Counted from the stretch's first letter, positions 49,771-63,912 are shown. The stretch: DNA of 64,000 nucleotides from Chiloscyllium plagiosum (GCF_004010195.1 NC_057755.1:5997474-6061473), one strand, 5' to 3'. Numbers and translations are program-made. The notes: a model not told the origin generated them from the sequence alone.

Positions 49771-52429
49771 AATAACAAATTCAGTTATGTCCGTTATGGC
49801 CGCCGTTGAGAGTGACCATTCCATTAAGACGTTGTGATTTTGTTTGACCTGTCGCAGAGACATTCAAATTTTCTCTGGAATTAATCTATCACAGATATCT
49901 TTAGAAAGCAACCTGTTAATTCATTGTGTCACAGAAATGGTGTGGTGCAGCATGAGAACGAATGGCCCATTGTCCTTTTGTAAATGTACATAATCAAGGT
50001 ATGATGTAACAGTATTAAAACGTTGCAAACAGAGGCATACAAGACATTTCCATGGAATTTGTTTTTTGAAAAATGCAAGTCCGAGCAAAGAAGAAAGCAT
50101 AACTTACTGAAAGCGAAGTTTACCATTACTGTATTTATCTACAAGTGTTTCTTCATCGCATCACAACCACGAAAACCAAACTTGCCTAAATTCGAATAGG
50201 TTACATATCTAAAACAATGGAACAATATTGTCTACGTGGTTCATGAATTCCCTAAGCAACTTCACATGTTTTCAGAGCACTGTTGAGTCACTCCGCTGCT
50301 ATCCCTTTCCTGCATATCCTCCAGTGTGACAGTGGTCAAGACGCAATTGTGGCAGAAATTTCTAGGGACAGAGTGAATCATTAAAATGATTTCCAGACAT
50401 GAATTTGTGTTTTCCTAAACACCACCTCTGAACAGTGGTGGGATATTCTCCATCATGGATTTAGCAAAACCTGCATGTTTTGCGAAACGATGTTGAGGCT
50501 CTTGGAAACTGTGATGGTCATCAATCAAACATATGTGAAAATCGGCCAGACCATAGAAACCTAGTCATTACGTTGATGCTTAATACAAGGTTTATTGGAG
50601 TCAATTAAATAGGCATATTTTAATTTAATGAACAACGCCAAATCAACTAATATCAACCAATCCACATATATATGGATGCGAGATTGTGTGTAGTTCGAAC
50701 AGGTGTTAATTTTTCACATCATTAGATGAACGGTTTAATTATTTATTTAGAAGAACTTGTTGGGAAACCCAGTAGTGATTAATAATGACTGAATATGGAT
50801 CAATAACACTTGGGTTAAATCACGTTTGCAAATTAAGAACTGAGGCTCAAACAAAAGAATCTGGCTCATTCCAATTAATACTCTGTTAAAACAATATACG
50901 TAACGACTATCCAAGGAAAGATGTCTGGAAAGAAGAATGAGATCACGTAATTTTCGACTGTAATTTTATTGAACAGCGTTTCACGACTGGACTTCACTTC
51001 TTGTACTGGTGTTGATCTGAAATATGAGAACGATTCTGGGAGCATTATCTGAACGCCAATAGATTAGCAAGAACTGACTCATGTCAGATTTTTAACTGAA
51101 GGACAATATTAACAAAATTGAGAAATTATGTTGTTTTAAACATTGAGTTTTGTTTTACTTTACAATAAAATGTTCGAACAGATGACATGCCCAAAGAGAT
51201 AGAAGTTCGTGGAAGTGAAGATAGTACAGAGTTCAGAATGTTCAGAATGTAAAAAAACCAGGATGGTGGACATCAAATAGATGTTGGTAACAAACAAAAT
51301 CAAGGATTTGTCAAATCCCACATTGACCTACTGTGATTTCAAATTGAGTGATGTCTACAAATAACAGGAAATAATGCATCTGCAAATGAACAAAGCTCTT
51401 TTTGGAACGTTGTGTGTCTGTTCGTTTCAGTGTCTTTAAACAAAATTGACGATAACTGATACTGTGCGAGAGAGGCAGCATTGTAATCAGTACGGTCGTG
51501 AATTATAAAAGGATATTAAGATCTACATTGCAAGGTGAAAACAGAGGAGGATAGTCTTTAAAGTAGGACCGTGAGGAGTCAGTAAAATAGTATATTTGAT
51601 GACTTCAACAAGTAAATGCTGAGACAAGATTTGAAACTATGTTTAGCAAAAGGACTTACTGCCGGTCAATTTTAAATCATTCAGTGTTGATTTAAATTAA
51701 TCGAGTGCCTTTTCAACATTATCCTACTTCAATCCCTGGTAAAATCTGGGACCGCATTCTTTGTCCTCCTAAATGTTGGTTAATAGTTTCGATTAGATTT
51801 CAGTATTTAACTCACTCCTGCGTATTTGGTATTCTGTACATACACCACCACAACCCCATTGATTAGACTCCAAAGTGTAACTCACTGCCATGTACATGTG
51901 ACTCTGCGTATAAAACACTCCAAAATCTTCAATTATAATACACTTTTTGACTCACTACTGGTTACGTTTTTCTGTTAACTCAGTCATGGGTAAATGTTTT
52001 TTTCTATATGAAAACCACTGACCCCTTCGATTAGATTTCAGACTCAGACAATGTTCTACCCACTCAATTACAAACTCTACATCCAAATGTTCTTCTCTCA
52101 AGCCCTGTCCCTCGGTCAGTGTGTGTGAAACCGTCTGCTTCTCTCTCCACTCCAGGAATAGCTTCCAATTCCCACATAAATCCATTAGCCTTTTTGAGTT
52201 GTTTTTTTGTGTCCACGTCCCATGTAGAATCCCAATAAGGCTTCTTCAATTCTGCATCCCATTTCCTGTGGATAACTTGCAAAGCATCAGGGGCCCACCT
52301 AATATTTGATGAAATGATCATGTCAGCTTTCTATTCTTTGTGTTCATAGATGCGTAAAATAATGTTTCATATCGTAATAAGTACCACATTAACCGTATAA
52401 CTGGCCCAATCATACTGGGCCCTCTGACA

Positions 52430-53520
52430 CTGGCACACACATACATCCATACACACACACACACAAACACACACACACACGATATTCACTTTAAACATGA
52501 GCATATGAGCACGAGGAAGAAACTGTGCAATAGTAAGAGTGTGTGTACGTGCTGTGTGAGAGGATGAGGGTGTGTGTACCGGAGTGAGAGAGGTTATGTG
52601 TGCGTACGAGAGAAAACGAGTGTGTATCTGTGTGAGAGAGAGGAAGAGTGCACACCTGGAGAAGGGAAAGAGTAGTGTGTGTATGCGTGAGTGTACGTGA
52701 CTGCCTGAGAGAGAGAGAAAATGCATGAGTGGCTGAGAGAGAGACAGAGAATCTGTGCGTGCAAAAGAGAGGGTGTGTGCATTCGAGAGGAAGAGTGGGT
52801 GTATGTGTGTGCAACAGAAAGGGATAGTATCTGTGTGGGAGAGACTGTGTGCAATTGTGAGATGGAGTGTGTGCATGCGTGAGATATTGGGAGTCGATAC
52901 AACTGAATCTGTGCGCATGACAGAAAGAGAGTCCGTGTGAGGGTGAAACAGAAAAAGAGTGTGTGTGTGTGAGAGAGAGGAGCGTGCGTGCATGTGAGTG
53001 CGAACACAAGAGGGAGAGTCGAGGGTGTGGTGCTGGAAATGCACAGGAGGTCAAGCAGCATCCAAAGAGCAGGCGATTCGACATTTTGGGCTTAATCACT
53101 TCATCAGGAAGGGTTTCGACCAGAAATAACAATTCACCTGATTCTCGGATGCTGCCTGACATGCTGTGCTTTTCCAACACCACACATTCGACTCTGACCT
53201 CCAGCATCTGTGGTCCTCACTTTCCACTAGAGAGAGAGTGTTTGGGAATGCGGGAGAGAGTGTGCAAATGCAGGACAGAAAGTGCCCACGATTGTGAGAG
53301 GGAAGGTGTGTGCGAATGTGACAGTGTGTGCAAATGTGAGAGAGAGTGTGTGTAATCACAAGGGAAAGTGTGTGTGAACTCGACACCGAGTGTGTGCAAA
53401 CGTGAGACCGAGCATGCGTGAATGTCAGAGAGTGCATGCGAAGCCCAGAGAGAGAGAGAGAGAAAGATAGAGAGTGCACGAAAGTGGAACAATGTGTGCT
53501 TGCACGAGGTAGAGATGGAG
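52430..53520. repeat. Degenerate (CA)/(TG)/(GA) low-complexity region
   Basis: Direct reading; it generates spurious H/T/L/S-rich ORFs. Confidence 0.9.
53015..53225. mobile_element. Fold-back PLE-derived short element
   Basis: agagtcga..gtgtggtgctggaaatgcacag..agcatcc vs ggatgctg..ctgtgcttttccaacaccacac..tcgactct; minus-strand CTGATGA..aaaatgtc hammerhead remnant. Confidence 0.8.
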
Positions 53521-54214
53521 TAGAATGGATGAGGGGCATGTATGTTGTGGATGTGTTGCCAGCAAGCGGACTGCATTCGAAGCTTCTAACTACAGTCTTC
53601 CTGTTCTCAAAAAGTGCCAGATTTACCGAGTTCCACGATGATTCGCATGTGCTCCGATGCTTTATGCACCGTCCCTGATGCAGAGCCCCTGCAGATTTGT
53701 AACTAACAGAAGTGAAAAAGTGTGGAACTCTGTTCATTGACATGCCTGTCTAAGAACTTAAACCCAATATTCGACCATCTCAGTTCCAACTCAGAAAATA
53801 TTTATTCTCGTGGCTGCTCATGCACTACATTCCTGATAGTGTCCATAGATGTGAAATACCTTGTCCGTTTTAGGATTTGTGTTGGATTGCTTTCGTCCAT
53901 TAATAGTTTGATAAACATGGAGAAGGTATTAAATCTGAGAGATGAGAAATTTGCATTAAAATATTTCATTCATTACGAATTTCACTCCTTATTAATTTAT
54001 TTCTTCAGTTTGCTTAATGGTTCACAACATATCTTTATTTAATTCTGGTTTGCTTGATTCAATAATTTCAATGCACATTTTCATCATGCATTGTTCAATT
54101 GTGTTAATATGTCAATCTGGGGAAACTGGTGCGGTTTGGCAGACATATCGAGCTGATCTTTCTGCTTTGACTTCAGTCGTGAAGAAGAGTACGTTTATGT
54201 ACTGTTTCTTATCG

Positions 54215-55115
54215 TTAACTTTATTCAAATTGTGAATCCGAATCGAGGCAATTATGGGCTCTCTAAATGCATCACTCACGATTTGTTGGCAATGTCTGCA
54301 GCAGATCCACTTCTCATCATCCTTAATGCCATTCGGAAACGAATTAAGAATGCTTATTTCCCAGTTACTTCTTATCCATCAGTCCTGTATGTATCTTGAG
54401 AGTTGTTCAATGCTTAGCAGCCCTGGACTGCTCAGTTTTTTCTTCACAGTTGCTTTCAGATTTGTTTGTTTGTCGCAATTTGTTGCCAGAAGCTTCGGGT
54501 GGGATATTGCAATAACAGAACTGCAGTTATGTTTATCGTAGTTGTGAGTGTGATCTGCTTTTTGCGGTCAACTGTTCGGTATTTTATATTAGCTACGCAA
54601 TTGTCATTACAGTGGCCTTAGTGTTGCAACATAATATCAGACTATTCCACATCATTATTTTGGAAAGTGAATAAACTGATTGACATTATAATTATACTGC
54701 GTCTTCCAATTCTGTTGATTTTGATATTCAATGCTTTAAATGTCAGGAAAATCATAAGAGCAGAACGCATCCGCTGTCGCCTTCAGAACCAGAGAAATGT
54801 ACAGAATCGTACTGATCGAGAGGTGTTAAATCGAGAAAATCCATCATCTTGGTCTTTGCGTTGTCTGATAATTTCATAGTATTCTGTATGACAGATGTGA
54901 TACGCTCTTTATTATGGCCGTAAGTAAACCATAATGACGAAGACAAGACTTTAAACGATCCAAAATTTATCTTTCAAGAAATTGGATTCATGCTACGGCT
55001 TCTGAATTCATGCACCAGCACCTGCATATGCGCTCTAACACAAACTAACATCCGTGAGGAGCTAAGCAATGAAGCAAAGTATCCATTTAATCAAATTGTT
55101 AAACGATGCAAATAA
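54215..55115 (+). pseudogene. Divergent GPR139-like pseudogene (copy 7), exon 2
   Basis: NFIQIVNPNRGNYGLSKCITHDLLAMSAADPLL..LPILLILIFNALNVRKII..GFMLRLLNSCTSTCICALTQTNIREEL..*. Frameshifts; acceptor AG>CG. Confidence 0.88.
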
Positions 55116-57629
55116 TGCACAGATATGATGTCGATTTGAAGATGTATGTAACAAGCCATGCAACAGGTTCAAAGAGTTCATGGAATTTTCCTGTTTACTT
55201 TAACTGAAAAGAAGTCCATGTCTTCAGCATTAGAAACAGAATACCTTTTCGCTCAAATTAGACGTAATCAGTTGTGCAAGACATTAATGATTTATATTTT
55301 AAATAATATTGCACAGAGCCTGAGTATCTGCAAATTAAGTTGCTCGGCAAAAGCTAGAGGCTTTGTTTCGGATTTATTTTAAAACTTTTTCCAATTTCTA
55401 ATGTATTTATAGTTTTAAATGTTCTCATTAATACATTTATGTCCTTGTGCTGAAGACGTAGCGGCAGCTTCATGTGAATGCGTTCAGTAACTAACGACCA
55501 CGGTAATCATGTGAAAAGATTAAACTTTAAATGTTTCAAAATGCTTTCACTCAGACATCTGAATTGGCCAGTTTGTGGCAGCTGGGAACAAATCATATAA
55601 TATTTAAATTTTGATTCTCCTAATTCACTTCGGTCTCTGGCTCTGCCTCGAAACAAAAAGTACCTGTCTAGTTGTTCCTCCTGTTACATACTGTAACTAC
55701 AGTTCAACTTTGAAACGACCACATTTTCAACATTCCTAAAACTTTCTTCTTTGGGTATGCATTGCATTTTATTTTTATTTAAAATGTCATGACCTAACAG
55801 TTGAAGTTACATTTCTGATCGACAGTTGTGACTTTAAATCATTACTTTATTTACTGTTTATTTCCAGTCACTATTTACACCGCACAATGTATATTCACTC
55901 TCCTCAATAGAACTGAGCACGTCCTTGAAGAATGAGATTGAGCCACAAAGTAAAAGAAATATTGTGCACAGACACGACCAATAGAATTATTGACGACTCA
56001 GACTTATTGTGAAAGAAATCCTGAACCAGCCAGGATGTGCAGAAGTAAACTACTGTCAATTCTTCCAAAATGGGATCGTTGTCTTTGTGCATGACCACAC
56101 TCTCCAAATATCATGGCATACAAATAACACTTACAGTGTTGCTGATCTAATCTCGTTATAGCCAGCACACACTTTAAACATCCATGGTTTAGAAACAGCG
56201 TTCCCTATCGACCCAATCACGTTCCAGCCAATGTGCAACTACTAAAGATAAGTTATAGCAGAACCCGCTGTGCACAAACTGCATGATCTCCTTAGTTCAG
56301 TGGATAAGTACCTTATATATCTAACGACTGACTCCCCACTGGCTCTCAAATAAACCAATTGAGGATTGGACGAGTATGAGTGTCAAGTTATTGTCTTAAG
56401 ACATTCTTCTCCCATGATTTCCTGCCTGGCGTTCAAGAAACTATCGGACAGAATCTGCTCTATGCAACGAGTGTCTATCACACTCTGCCTCAGTATGCTG
56501 TTCAGTCTGTCTAATTGTCACTCCAAGTTGGTAACAAAATGCGGAAAGGTATTAACATAATGATTGTTAATATTCTTTGTACTGTATTAGAAACAAGAGC
56601 AAGACATTACGTAATGTTAGGAATTGTAGCAAGCATTGCTGAGTGTTACGTAAAGGAACATAACAGTTTAGAAGGAATTCCAAATTCCTTTAAATTATAA
56701 AAAAATGTTTCTGATAACCTTATTGAGGATCATGAATATTATGAAAAAAAATACTTGGAATGCATTGTGAAGATTGTTACAAAATTGAATGGATTGAAAA
56801 CAGTTACAAATTCAATACGCCACGGTGTTTGGTTGGATACATTTCCCAGAATCAATTCCTTGTGAATGCATACAGAGAATTACTGCAGCAGGTGTAATTA
56901 AGGGAACATTTGTCAGGAACGGAAATTACGGGAAGCATGGATGCGTGTCACAATTTTCTCATTTTCTCTGGGCAGAATGAGACACATATCCAAAACTTTA
57001 TAATGCACACTGACAGAATCTGTTGATTTGTGGTGAAAGCAGTTTCTATTGTTCGTGCATTTATTTTCTCCGGAAGGTAGAAGTGAACCATTTCCATTAA
57101 CGTCACCCTCAACTGTTACAAAGGGGATAAAAACACAAGCTGCAGCAAAAGTTCATTACGTTTGCAAGCATCTGTGGCTCGAAATCAGAGTTAACGTTTC
57201 AGTTTCAGCGCCCCTTCTTCAGAATAGAAATAGCCTGATTTGAAAATGTCTTGACAAGCTCCATTCATTCCTCCCTTTGTAATTCTGGAATACTAAACGT
57301 GGGACAGGGGAGGGACTGATAACTAAGTGACAGAGCAGTGTGACAGAGAGTTGCTGGCAAAGTGGAGATTTGCCTTCCCAGTTAACTTGTGATTACAGAG
57401 GTGCTCCTTTACAGATGTCACGAAGATAAGACGAGAAACAACGACTATCGATTTGATACTCTGGGTGGACAGATATGGGAGTGAATACACAGTCATTACA
57501 TAGGCTGTAATCATTTCATATTTATTGTATCCCTGGGATGTGGGTGCTGCTGCGTGGGCTGACATTTATGTGCCCTTGAGAAAGTGATGGTGAACTACCT
57601 CCCTGGATCGCGGAAGTAGATGAAAGGGG

Positions 57630-58450
57630 AAAACAGTGACAGGTGGAGTTCCATATGAGCAAATGCACATTTATTCATTTTGGACTAAGAACGGATAGAT
57701 CAGGGCACTTTCGAGTTTCGGTGAAATTAATTACAGTAGATGCCCAAACAGACTTTAAGCTTCAGGTGCACAGACGTCAAAGATGCCCCAAAATGTGCAG
57801 GAAACAATCATGGGTGTTTCTGGTATCCAGTGTTTATTCCTAGACGACCGAGGTGCAGGAATGTAGAAGATATACTTCAGTTCTGCAAGGCACTGGTAAG
57901 TCCCCATTTGGCTTGTTATGAGCAGATCTGAACACCACACCACAGGAAGGATTCATTGGCCTTACAGCGATTTGAACATGGTTTTCCAAAAATAATTCAT
58001 GAATTTTATAGTTTAGAATGCGAGAAAGGTTTAAATAAATTAGGGACGTTTTCTCCACAATTTGGAAGGCTAAAGGACAATCCGATCTAAGTATTCAAGT
58101 ATAAACAGGAAAAGACAGCGTAAGTAAAGATTAATTATTCTTACTGATTGGGACGCTAGAATGGGGGCACAGTCTGATAATTAGAGCTGGTGCATTCAGA
58201 AGAGATTTTAGGAAGTTCATTTACGTACAAAATGTCGGAGATGTTTGGGACATTTATCTACATACGTCAGTGTGTGCAACATCAACTATTATTTCTGAAT
58301 CTGAGAAAGATAATTTTGTATTAAACAAGTATTGAAGAGATATGGCCCAAAGGGAGGTATATGGAGACAGGCCAGAGTTCAGTCATGATGTCATTGAATG
58401 GTGGAACAGGCCTGAAGTGCTGAATGGCCTGAGCCAGCACTTATGTTCCT
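57630..58450 (+). mobile_element. CR1-like LINE 3' fragment, old
   Basis: QVEFHMSKCTFIHFG; ILQFCKALVSPHL; 3' ctgaatggcct..ttatgttcctta tail. Confidence 0.7.
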
Positions 58451-59391
58451 TAGCCCCTGAGTTGGATGAGTTGGAAGAGGCTTCACAAATTGGATCCAGT
58501 AAGAATGAGGGTTGAGTGTGAAATAGATCTGAATGGACCCATGAGTGAACAGATACATGAACTGATGGCTGTTTAAACAGGGTGCTGCGGTCAAGCATGC
58601 CAAACACAAAAGTCTGGACTTGAGGAGGGAGGGCAGGGATAATCTACTTTCACTAGAGACATATATGCTCGAATGTTCACTTCACTAAAAGGGATTTTAT
58701 CCTTTAACAACAACATGTTTGGAGTGACCAGAACCGTTTTCGGCATTGGGGCAGTAGCGAAAACTCGATTTAAACTGAAAAAACATTTGAGTTCCAACAG
58801 CTGTCCGTAACCTGGGGTGGGGGTGGGGGGGTGGGGAGAAGATGGCTTCCGTTTCTCAGAATGGGATGATTAGGGACGCACTAAGTGATGGTCTGGGATT
58901 TAATCATAGGCCCATGAAATTTCCACAGTGGCTTACACAGACCTCAGACTTGCAGAGAGTAAAGGAGAGAGAAAAGGCGAGAGGACGCCGTGTCATGAAG
59001 CGCCTCTCGATTGCAGGCGGTTTTATGAGTACTTCTGCTGCAATAGGTAGTCATCATTTAACAATGGAAAGCTGCAAGTGTCTGCCGCATTGTACGAACA
59101 TTTTCTTTACAACTATGCAGAAGAGAGGAGCACGAAGTCGATTTACTGATATTTCAAGTGATTGCGCTGTTGATAATGCAGGCACAGTGTATTTTTGGTT
59201 GTAAAGGCTCGATGGGCCAATGGGTCTCCTCTGCATTGTATAATTCCATGATAAGGGAAGGACACGTCTTTGGTTTTTCTGACTAACAGATCCCTCCACG
59301 AATACAGGAGCCAGGTGACATTTCACAAACCTACCGAAGAATCAAAAGTGACCAATATCTCTCGCCTTGGTGTGATGTGCCATCTTGTCCG

Positions 59392-59818
59392 ACTACATGA
59401 ACCGCTCATCAACCATTTGGAATCGCATCCTGGTTTGTCGCTGCTATCAGCTTTTTTAAAGGATCATTAACGAAATGCCTGGGTCATGGATTAGGTCAAC
59501 ATATATTTGTCTCCCCATTTGTTCAGAGAGCAGAGAAACGTCGAACACATTGAAGTCATTTTTTCAGATGTGAAGGAGCTGCAAGAGAGAAGATGAATCG
59601 AAAACTACATGAACCGCTCATCAACCATTCGGAATCGCATCCTGGTTTGTCGCTGCTATCAGCTTTTTTAAAGGATCATTAACGAAATGCCTGGGTCATG
59701 GATTACGTCAACATATATTTGTCTCCCCATTTGTTCAGAGAGCAGAGAAAAGTCGAACACCTTGAAGTCATTTTTTTTTCAGATATGAAGGAGCTGCAAG
59801 AGAGAAGATGAATCGAAA
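59392..59818. repeat. Recent 212-bp tandem duplication
   Basis: actacatgaaccgctcatcaacc...gatgaatcgaaa at 59392 and again at 59604, with few substitutions and a poly-T length difference. Confidence 0.97.
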
Positions 59819-59860
59819 TTGCGCGTGTTCATAAAATTGACTCTTGTTTCTCGGTTGTTC

Positions 59861-60755
59861 CTAGTTCTCTTTATTAACTAACGGTGCCATATGTAACTGG
59901 ATATCTCAGCACAGGTTTGAACTAGTTTCTGAACTTGAACTGGGCCACTGCATAGAGAAATCTGTTTGTGCAGCAACTGAAAGTCACCAACATACGTCCA
60001 ACATGTAGGAAGATATACAGAACAAATATAATATTTGGGATTTGGGTCCTGCAATATAATACTCTATGAAGAATACAACAAATACTCACCACAGGAGTTT
60101 GACGCTGCAGGATATGGAGAAAAGTATAATCATGGACTTTCTTCTGCTCTCCATTTCTGCGCCATTTTGATTCTCACCTTTGCTCTGATCCTACAGTAGC
60201 TTATGGAATGACGAACCATTATACTATGTCTGACAGCATTGACTAACAGAATTAAAACAAATAGGACCAATGACAATAAAACGGCAACAAACAAGTCAAT
60301 CCTTTTCATGCAGTTTCGGTGGAAAATCTTGACTTGATCTCGCAGAACCACACGACATTGTTAATGGTCGTTCGAGTGTGAAATGTGTCAAAGAAGGGGA
60401 TATTGTTTACACAGAGCAGAATGCAATTGTTGGAAGACCAGAGAAGCAGTTTTCACTGTGCAATATTTTGATTTGAGCTTCTGTCTACAAATGGCCACAA
60501 ATCAATCAAAGGAAAAAGTGACAGTAAACCAGACTGAACAGTGCCTGGCTGTCTGACTCATCACATACATTACACTGCACACAGGAGTGCTCTTCAGATA
60601 ACATACAGGAAAACAATAATGATTGATTTATGTCTGTATGAACTCAGTTACAGCGACCAGAAGATCCGATATTACCATTGCTATCAGATAGCACGTGGTG
60701 CATGAAGATAGGCCATGTTTTCCACGGGATTGAATGACAATTTCCAGTAAATTAA
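59861..60755 (-). pseudogene. GPR139-like pseudogene (copy 8), exon 2; inverted paralog of gene A
   Basis: NLLEIVIQSRGKHGLSSCTTCYLIAMVISDLL..TEFIQT* (TAA 60628-60630), frameshifts, and the same terminal ..VNKEN* as gene A. Acceptor AG>AA. Confidence 0.95.
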
Positions 60756-62284
60756 TTGCATGAGGAAGAAATAAAGAAAACATAGTTACAAGTGAAACAT
60801 AAGCAATCAATCAAGTTACAACTCTACAGGAATGAAATTATCGTTGATGTAAAATCACCCATTTAAGTCGTCAAATCTCAGAGACCAGGTTGAGTCCAAA
60901 ATGCCAATAACTGAGGCTTACTGATTTTGGGTGTATCACATCACTGAGATTGGCAATTCTAACACAAGAAACTTTGCTGTACCTGGCATCTTATGAACTA
61001 GCACACTTGATATACCAGAAAAAGTTAGATACCTAAAATGCCATAACGTTAAGTGCATTACTTTATCCAATTATTCCTTTCTTCTAATGTATATCTCTCA
61101 ATGTTGACGTATTTGTTGCTCAATTGAATAGTCATCTAAATATCGACAGCTGCTTCAATTTTGAATCAACTTATCAAATTCCATGAAATTCAAGTTGTAG
61201 TTGAAAAGCTGTCTGACAGTCAGTGTTTTTAAAGGCAAAGTTGCATTTTCGTCTCATTGATGTATGCTGTTAGTAACAGTGGCATGTATACACTATGCAT
61301 TGCTCTTTTTAAAGACACAGTGGGCATTTTTACAATGATTTTATGGACCTCTTGATTATCTGGAATATTTGGTTGACTATCATACTCCTGATCCCACAGA
61401 TATTTATTCCTCTCTTGTTGCAGGTTCAACCACACACAACAATCCCAATACTACATTTGTAAAAGCAAAATATTTGTTGGCAGTCATCTGTCATCTTTAA
61501 CTTCATGCCCTTCCTCACGGAGGCTCAATAGCAGCAGCATATTCCATCCACGAGATATTTTGCTATAACTCACCCAGGCTGTTACGCAGCTCAGAAATTC
61601 ACCAAAGATCATCAGACAGAACTTTCCATACTCACGACCACTTCCATCTAAAATGTCAAGGGCATCAAATACTTGGGAACACCACCTCCAAGTTTCCCCT
61701 AAGGTACTCACAATTTAGAAAGAATTGATGATTTATAAGGGTCGCTGGGTCGAAATCCTGAATTTTCCTCTCCCGGAGCATTGTGGGTCAACCTCCAGCA
61801 CATGGCTTGCAGCGGTACAAGAAGGCGAATGACTGCCCATCTCTCAAGGGCTACCAGGTCCAGGCAATAAATGCTGGGATCAACCAACGGCATCAGCATT
61901 CCACCAATGAATAAAAAAAATCATTCCGGGCCTTGTGTATTGTAGCTCTGATTGAAACCCGAAACTTCTGTCCCTCTCCTAACTACTGGCTGTATACCAT
62001 CTCATCCATCCAAGTATGCATCAGCTATGTTGGTAAAGAAGAGGATTTCTACATCTTATTCGATCCCTTTCAAAATGTCCTGTGGCAGATTATTCACTTC
62101 CATGACTCTGTCATCAGGACAGAAACTTTTAATTTTAGAGTCTCTTCTGTCAGCAAAAATCCCTGTGCCTTTCTCCAATGTACAATTCGTTACACACGTT
62201 ATCTTGCTAATCTTCTTCCATACCACATAACAGAATGGCTTACTGAAAGAAAAGTTCATGCAACTCATGGTCACATTCACTTTC

Positions 62285-62348
62285 CTCGGACACCAGTGAT
62301 GGCAAGGATCAGGTCATAGACTTTCCTGACCACAGAAAATGTTTACAC
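62285..62348 (-). pseudogene. Degenerate exon 1 of copy 8
   Basis: GTG TAA ACA TTT TCT GTG GTC AGG AAA GTC TAT GAC CTG ATC CTT GCC ATC ACT GGT GTC CGA G|gaaagt. Same 64-nt length as gene A exon 1; start lost, stop in codon 2, donor GT>GA. Confidence 0.92.
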
Positions 62349-63819
62349 GATTTTCTGTATGCAGTTTCTTGCCGTTTGTTGCTGAGGACAAACTCTATGA
62401 GTGAACATCTGTGGCAGCACATTCCCAGAGAGTTGGATTTATACCCGTAGAATTGCCAGGGGCACACAGTGGTAGCAATATCGCAAGTTTAACTTCATGC
62501 CTGTTATTAACATATACATAACGACATTCAATTAAACCCAGAATGTGGCAGAAAATATTTTGCTCTGGGATCCGAATCAATGCGCCAAATATCGCAATTA
62601 TATAGGCATTGAGTAATACAGCATGGAAACAGACCATTCTGTCCACCTCGCCCATGCTGACCAGATTTCATGAAATGAACTTGTACCTTTTTCCTGCGTA
62701 TGATCCAATATTCCTTTAAACTTTTATTATTCATGTACCCATAAATGTCCTTTCAAACTTCTAATTGTACTCAGCTCTAACCACTTCCTCCAGCAGACCG
62801 TTTCATATACACACCAGACACTGTTTGAGAAAAGTTGCCCCTCAGGTCCCGTTTAAATCTTTCCCCTCAAATCTTAACCATCTGTTCTCTCGTTTTGGAC
62901 TCCCCTACCATGGGGAGAGGACCTTGGCTATTCACTCTGTCCTTGCCCCTCATGATTATATCAACTTCCTATGCTCCAGGTTATATGGCTCCAGCCTATC
63001 CAGAATCTCCCGATAAATAAAATCCTTCAGTCCCAGAAACGGACTTGATTAGAAAGGGGACCAAGGATTATGGGGAGATGCAGGAGAACAGAATTTGGAA
63101 ACATATCAGCAATGTTCGAATTTCATGTCAGATTCGATAGGTTGAATTGCCTCATTTGTTTCTATACCTTATGATTTTATGCACATTTCACACTGTCCTA
63201 ATGATCTGACATGCATTGAGATTGTATTCGTCCCTCAGATGCATTGCTAATTGTACTATCCATCTCACACAGGCTCACACACCTTAGTCCCCTTTGTGGT
63301 CTCAATATTCTTTCCTTGAAAAGCTTTATTATTGTAATAGTTCCAGGCAGCTACACTTCTCCAAAGCCTTCAACGACGTCACAGCCCTGCATAAAGGTCA
63401 GCATGAGGTTATCACAATAGAATGCATTGTCTGTGATCACTTTTTGCCAGATTAATCCAATAACACACTTTACATCAATGTGAAGTCTCAAACCATGTAA
63501 AAACTCGATCAAATGCAGCGCATCAAAGTGTTCGAACAGTTTTAACACCAAGTAGACTATTCAAACATGTTGAGAGCCTTCAATGGACGGAGCATTTTCA
63601 ACAGATCGAAAGGGATGCATATACTCCAATTGAGAAATGATAGATCAGGGTGCTTTCTGGATGATATAAAGTTAAATGCAGTAGATGTCCAAGCAGACTT
63701 GGGCATTCATAAAGAATCATGGAATCCTCCGGGTTTCCCCTTTCATCCATCCTACCAATCCATTTGCAATTTGATGGCACGATTCACATTGTCTGCAATG
63801 CTGCCTAAATTTGACATAG

Positions 63820-63912
63820 AGTCCTGGTGAAAGGCTTTTGTCCGAAATGTCGATTTTCGTGCTCCTCGGATGCTGCTTGACCTGCTGTGCTTTTCCAGCA
63901 CCACTCTAATCT
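63820..63912 (+). mobile_element. PLE-derived short element with a mutated hammerhead
   Basis: agtc CTGGTGA aaggcttttgtcc GAAA tgtc gatt..gctcctcggatgctgcttgacctgctgtgcttttccagcaccac. Absent at the paralogous site near 19975. Confidence 0.78.

Noticed and set aside
52367..53743. Long ORFs of 119-238 aa
   Set aside because: Products of TG/GA low-complexity sequence plus a repeat; no protein-like composition.
53720..53840. Possible degenerate exon 1 of copy 7 (ENIYS..ATT CCT G|atagt)
   Set aside because: Requires a frameshift and a mutated donor; suggestive only.
55904..56107. Minus-strand ORF with SIILLVVSVHNISFTLWL resembling TM6
   Set aside because: Spacing does not fit the paralogs and no flanking TM motifs were found; likely chance.
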